Source of the DNA: Pristiophorus japonicus | Lineage: Eukaryota | NCBI RefSeq assembly: GCF_044704955.1 | Contig: NC_091991.1 | Coordinates: forward strand, 30,132,001 to 30,196,000 | Length of the DNA: 64,000 bases | Direction of reading: 5' to 3' | Part shown: one piece after another, positions 62,965 through 64,000 of the stretch | How the letters are laid out: each line of letters starts with the position of its first letter | Position numbering within the stretch: the first letter of the stretch is position 1 | The notes under the pieces: model-generated | Databases searched by the model: none | What the model was told of the DNA's origin: nothing | What the model saw: the letters and a program-made list of their open reading frames with translations, nothing else | Program-made: the position numbers and the translations under genes

Positions 62965-63759
62965 CATCGTCATCATCATCATAACAGGTCCTCGAAATCG
63001 AGGAAGAATTGCTTCCACTCTAAAAGTGAGTTCTCAGGTGACTGTACAGTCCAATATGGGAATTAGAGTCTCTGTCACAGGTGGGACAGACAGTGGTTGA
63101 AGGAAAAGGTGGGCGGGGAGTCTGGTTTGCCGCACACTCCTTCCGCTGCCTGCGTTTGTTTTCTGCATGCTCTCGGCAAAGAGACTCGAGGTGGTCAGTG
63201 CCCTGCCGGATGCTCTTCCTCCTCTTAGGGCAGTCTTTGGCCAGGGACTCCCAGGTGTCGGTGGGGATGTTGCACTTTATCAAGGAGTCTTTGAAGGTGT
63301 CTTTGAAATGTTTCCTCTGCCCACCTGGGGCTCGCTTGCCGTGTAGGAGTTCTGAGTAGAGCGCTTGGCTTTGGGAGTCTTGTGTCGGGCATGTGGATGA
63401 TGTGGCCCGCCCAGCAGAGCTGGTCGAGTGTGGCCAGTGCTTCGATGCTGGGGATGTTGGACTGAGCGAGAACACTGACGTTGGTGCGTCTATCCTCCCA
63501 GTGGATTTGCAGGATCTTGCGGAGACATCGTTGGTGGTATTTCTCCAGCGATTTGAGGTGTTCTTCTGTATATGGTCCACGTCTCTGAGCCATACAGGAG
63601 GGCAGGTATCACACAGCCCTGTAGACCATAAGCTTGGTGCCAATGAAGTACTTGGTGACGAGGTCCAACACCGCCTCCAGTGTGCAAGCGCAGCTTTCGG
63701 TCGCCTGAGGAAGAGAGTGTTCAAAGATCAGGCCCTCAAATCTGGCATCAAGCTCATGG
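62965..63759 (-). mobile_element. RTE 3' fragment with an inverted 5' segment (63657-63759, +)
   Basis: C-terminal CPTCDRD..HLRTH; the upstream DEVQHRLQCASAAFGRLRKRVF segment lies on the opposite strand. Confidence 0.9.
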
Positions 63760-64000
63760 CCCTCATTGCCACCCAGAGGTCTGTTCCCATCCAGATCATT
63801 GATCAGCCTTTTGGGACTGCCATGCAGCAAAGGACATGGATGAGGCTGTTGCCTCTTAGGGCAACACCACAGCTGCTCCCCTCCTACCCTCCTCAAATGA
63901 CAGAAGATATGGCAGGAAGCAGATAGGAACAGATAGTGGTTGCAGACCAGGTCAGCACAAGAAAACAGGGACCACCTCAGTACTACACTTTCAGATGAAG

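Overview
Vertebrate genomic DNA, very probably a cartilaginous fish (shark or ray). This is inferred from the repeat content: tRNA-head Deu-domain SINEs of the SacSINE1 type, many CR1, L2 and RTE LINE fragments, Tx1 fragments, Gypsy elements and a Harbinger DNA transposon. No intact cellular CDS, rRNA, tRNA or CRISPR array can be supported, and nearly all long ORFs are decayed transposon genes. The main elements are a complete but mutated Gypsy provirus (14820-19374, -), a near full-length CR1 (46771-50895, +), a two-gene Harbinger (58131-61757) and several RTE fragments. A CpG-rich, repeat-poorer zone (about 38.6-45 kb) and a few splice-bounded segments hint at an unidentified minus-strand host gene. 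Five observations stand out. (1) Three independent solo LTRs, each with its own 5-bp TSD, are all interrupted at the same nucleotide, by four Tx1-clade LINE fragments and one RTE; this suggests a Tx1 family that specifically targets an LTR. (2) A Gypsy derivative has INVERTED LTRs, each followed by a PBS, and is still flanked by a perfect 5-bp TSD. (3) A CR1 is capped at its 5' end by an inverted copy of its own 3' tail. (4) An RTE shows twin-priming geometry. (5) There are several fold-back or templated duplications. Repeat boundaries without a TSD or TIR are approximate, and family names come from motif recognition, not database searches.
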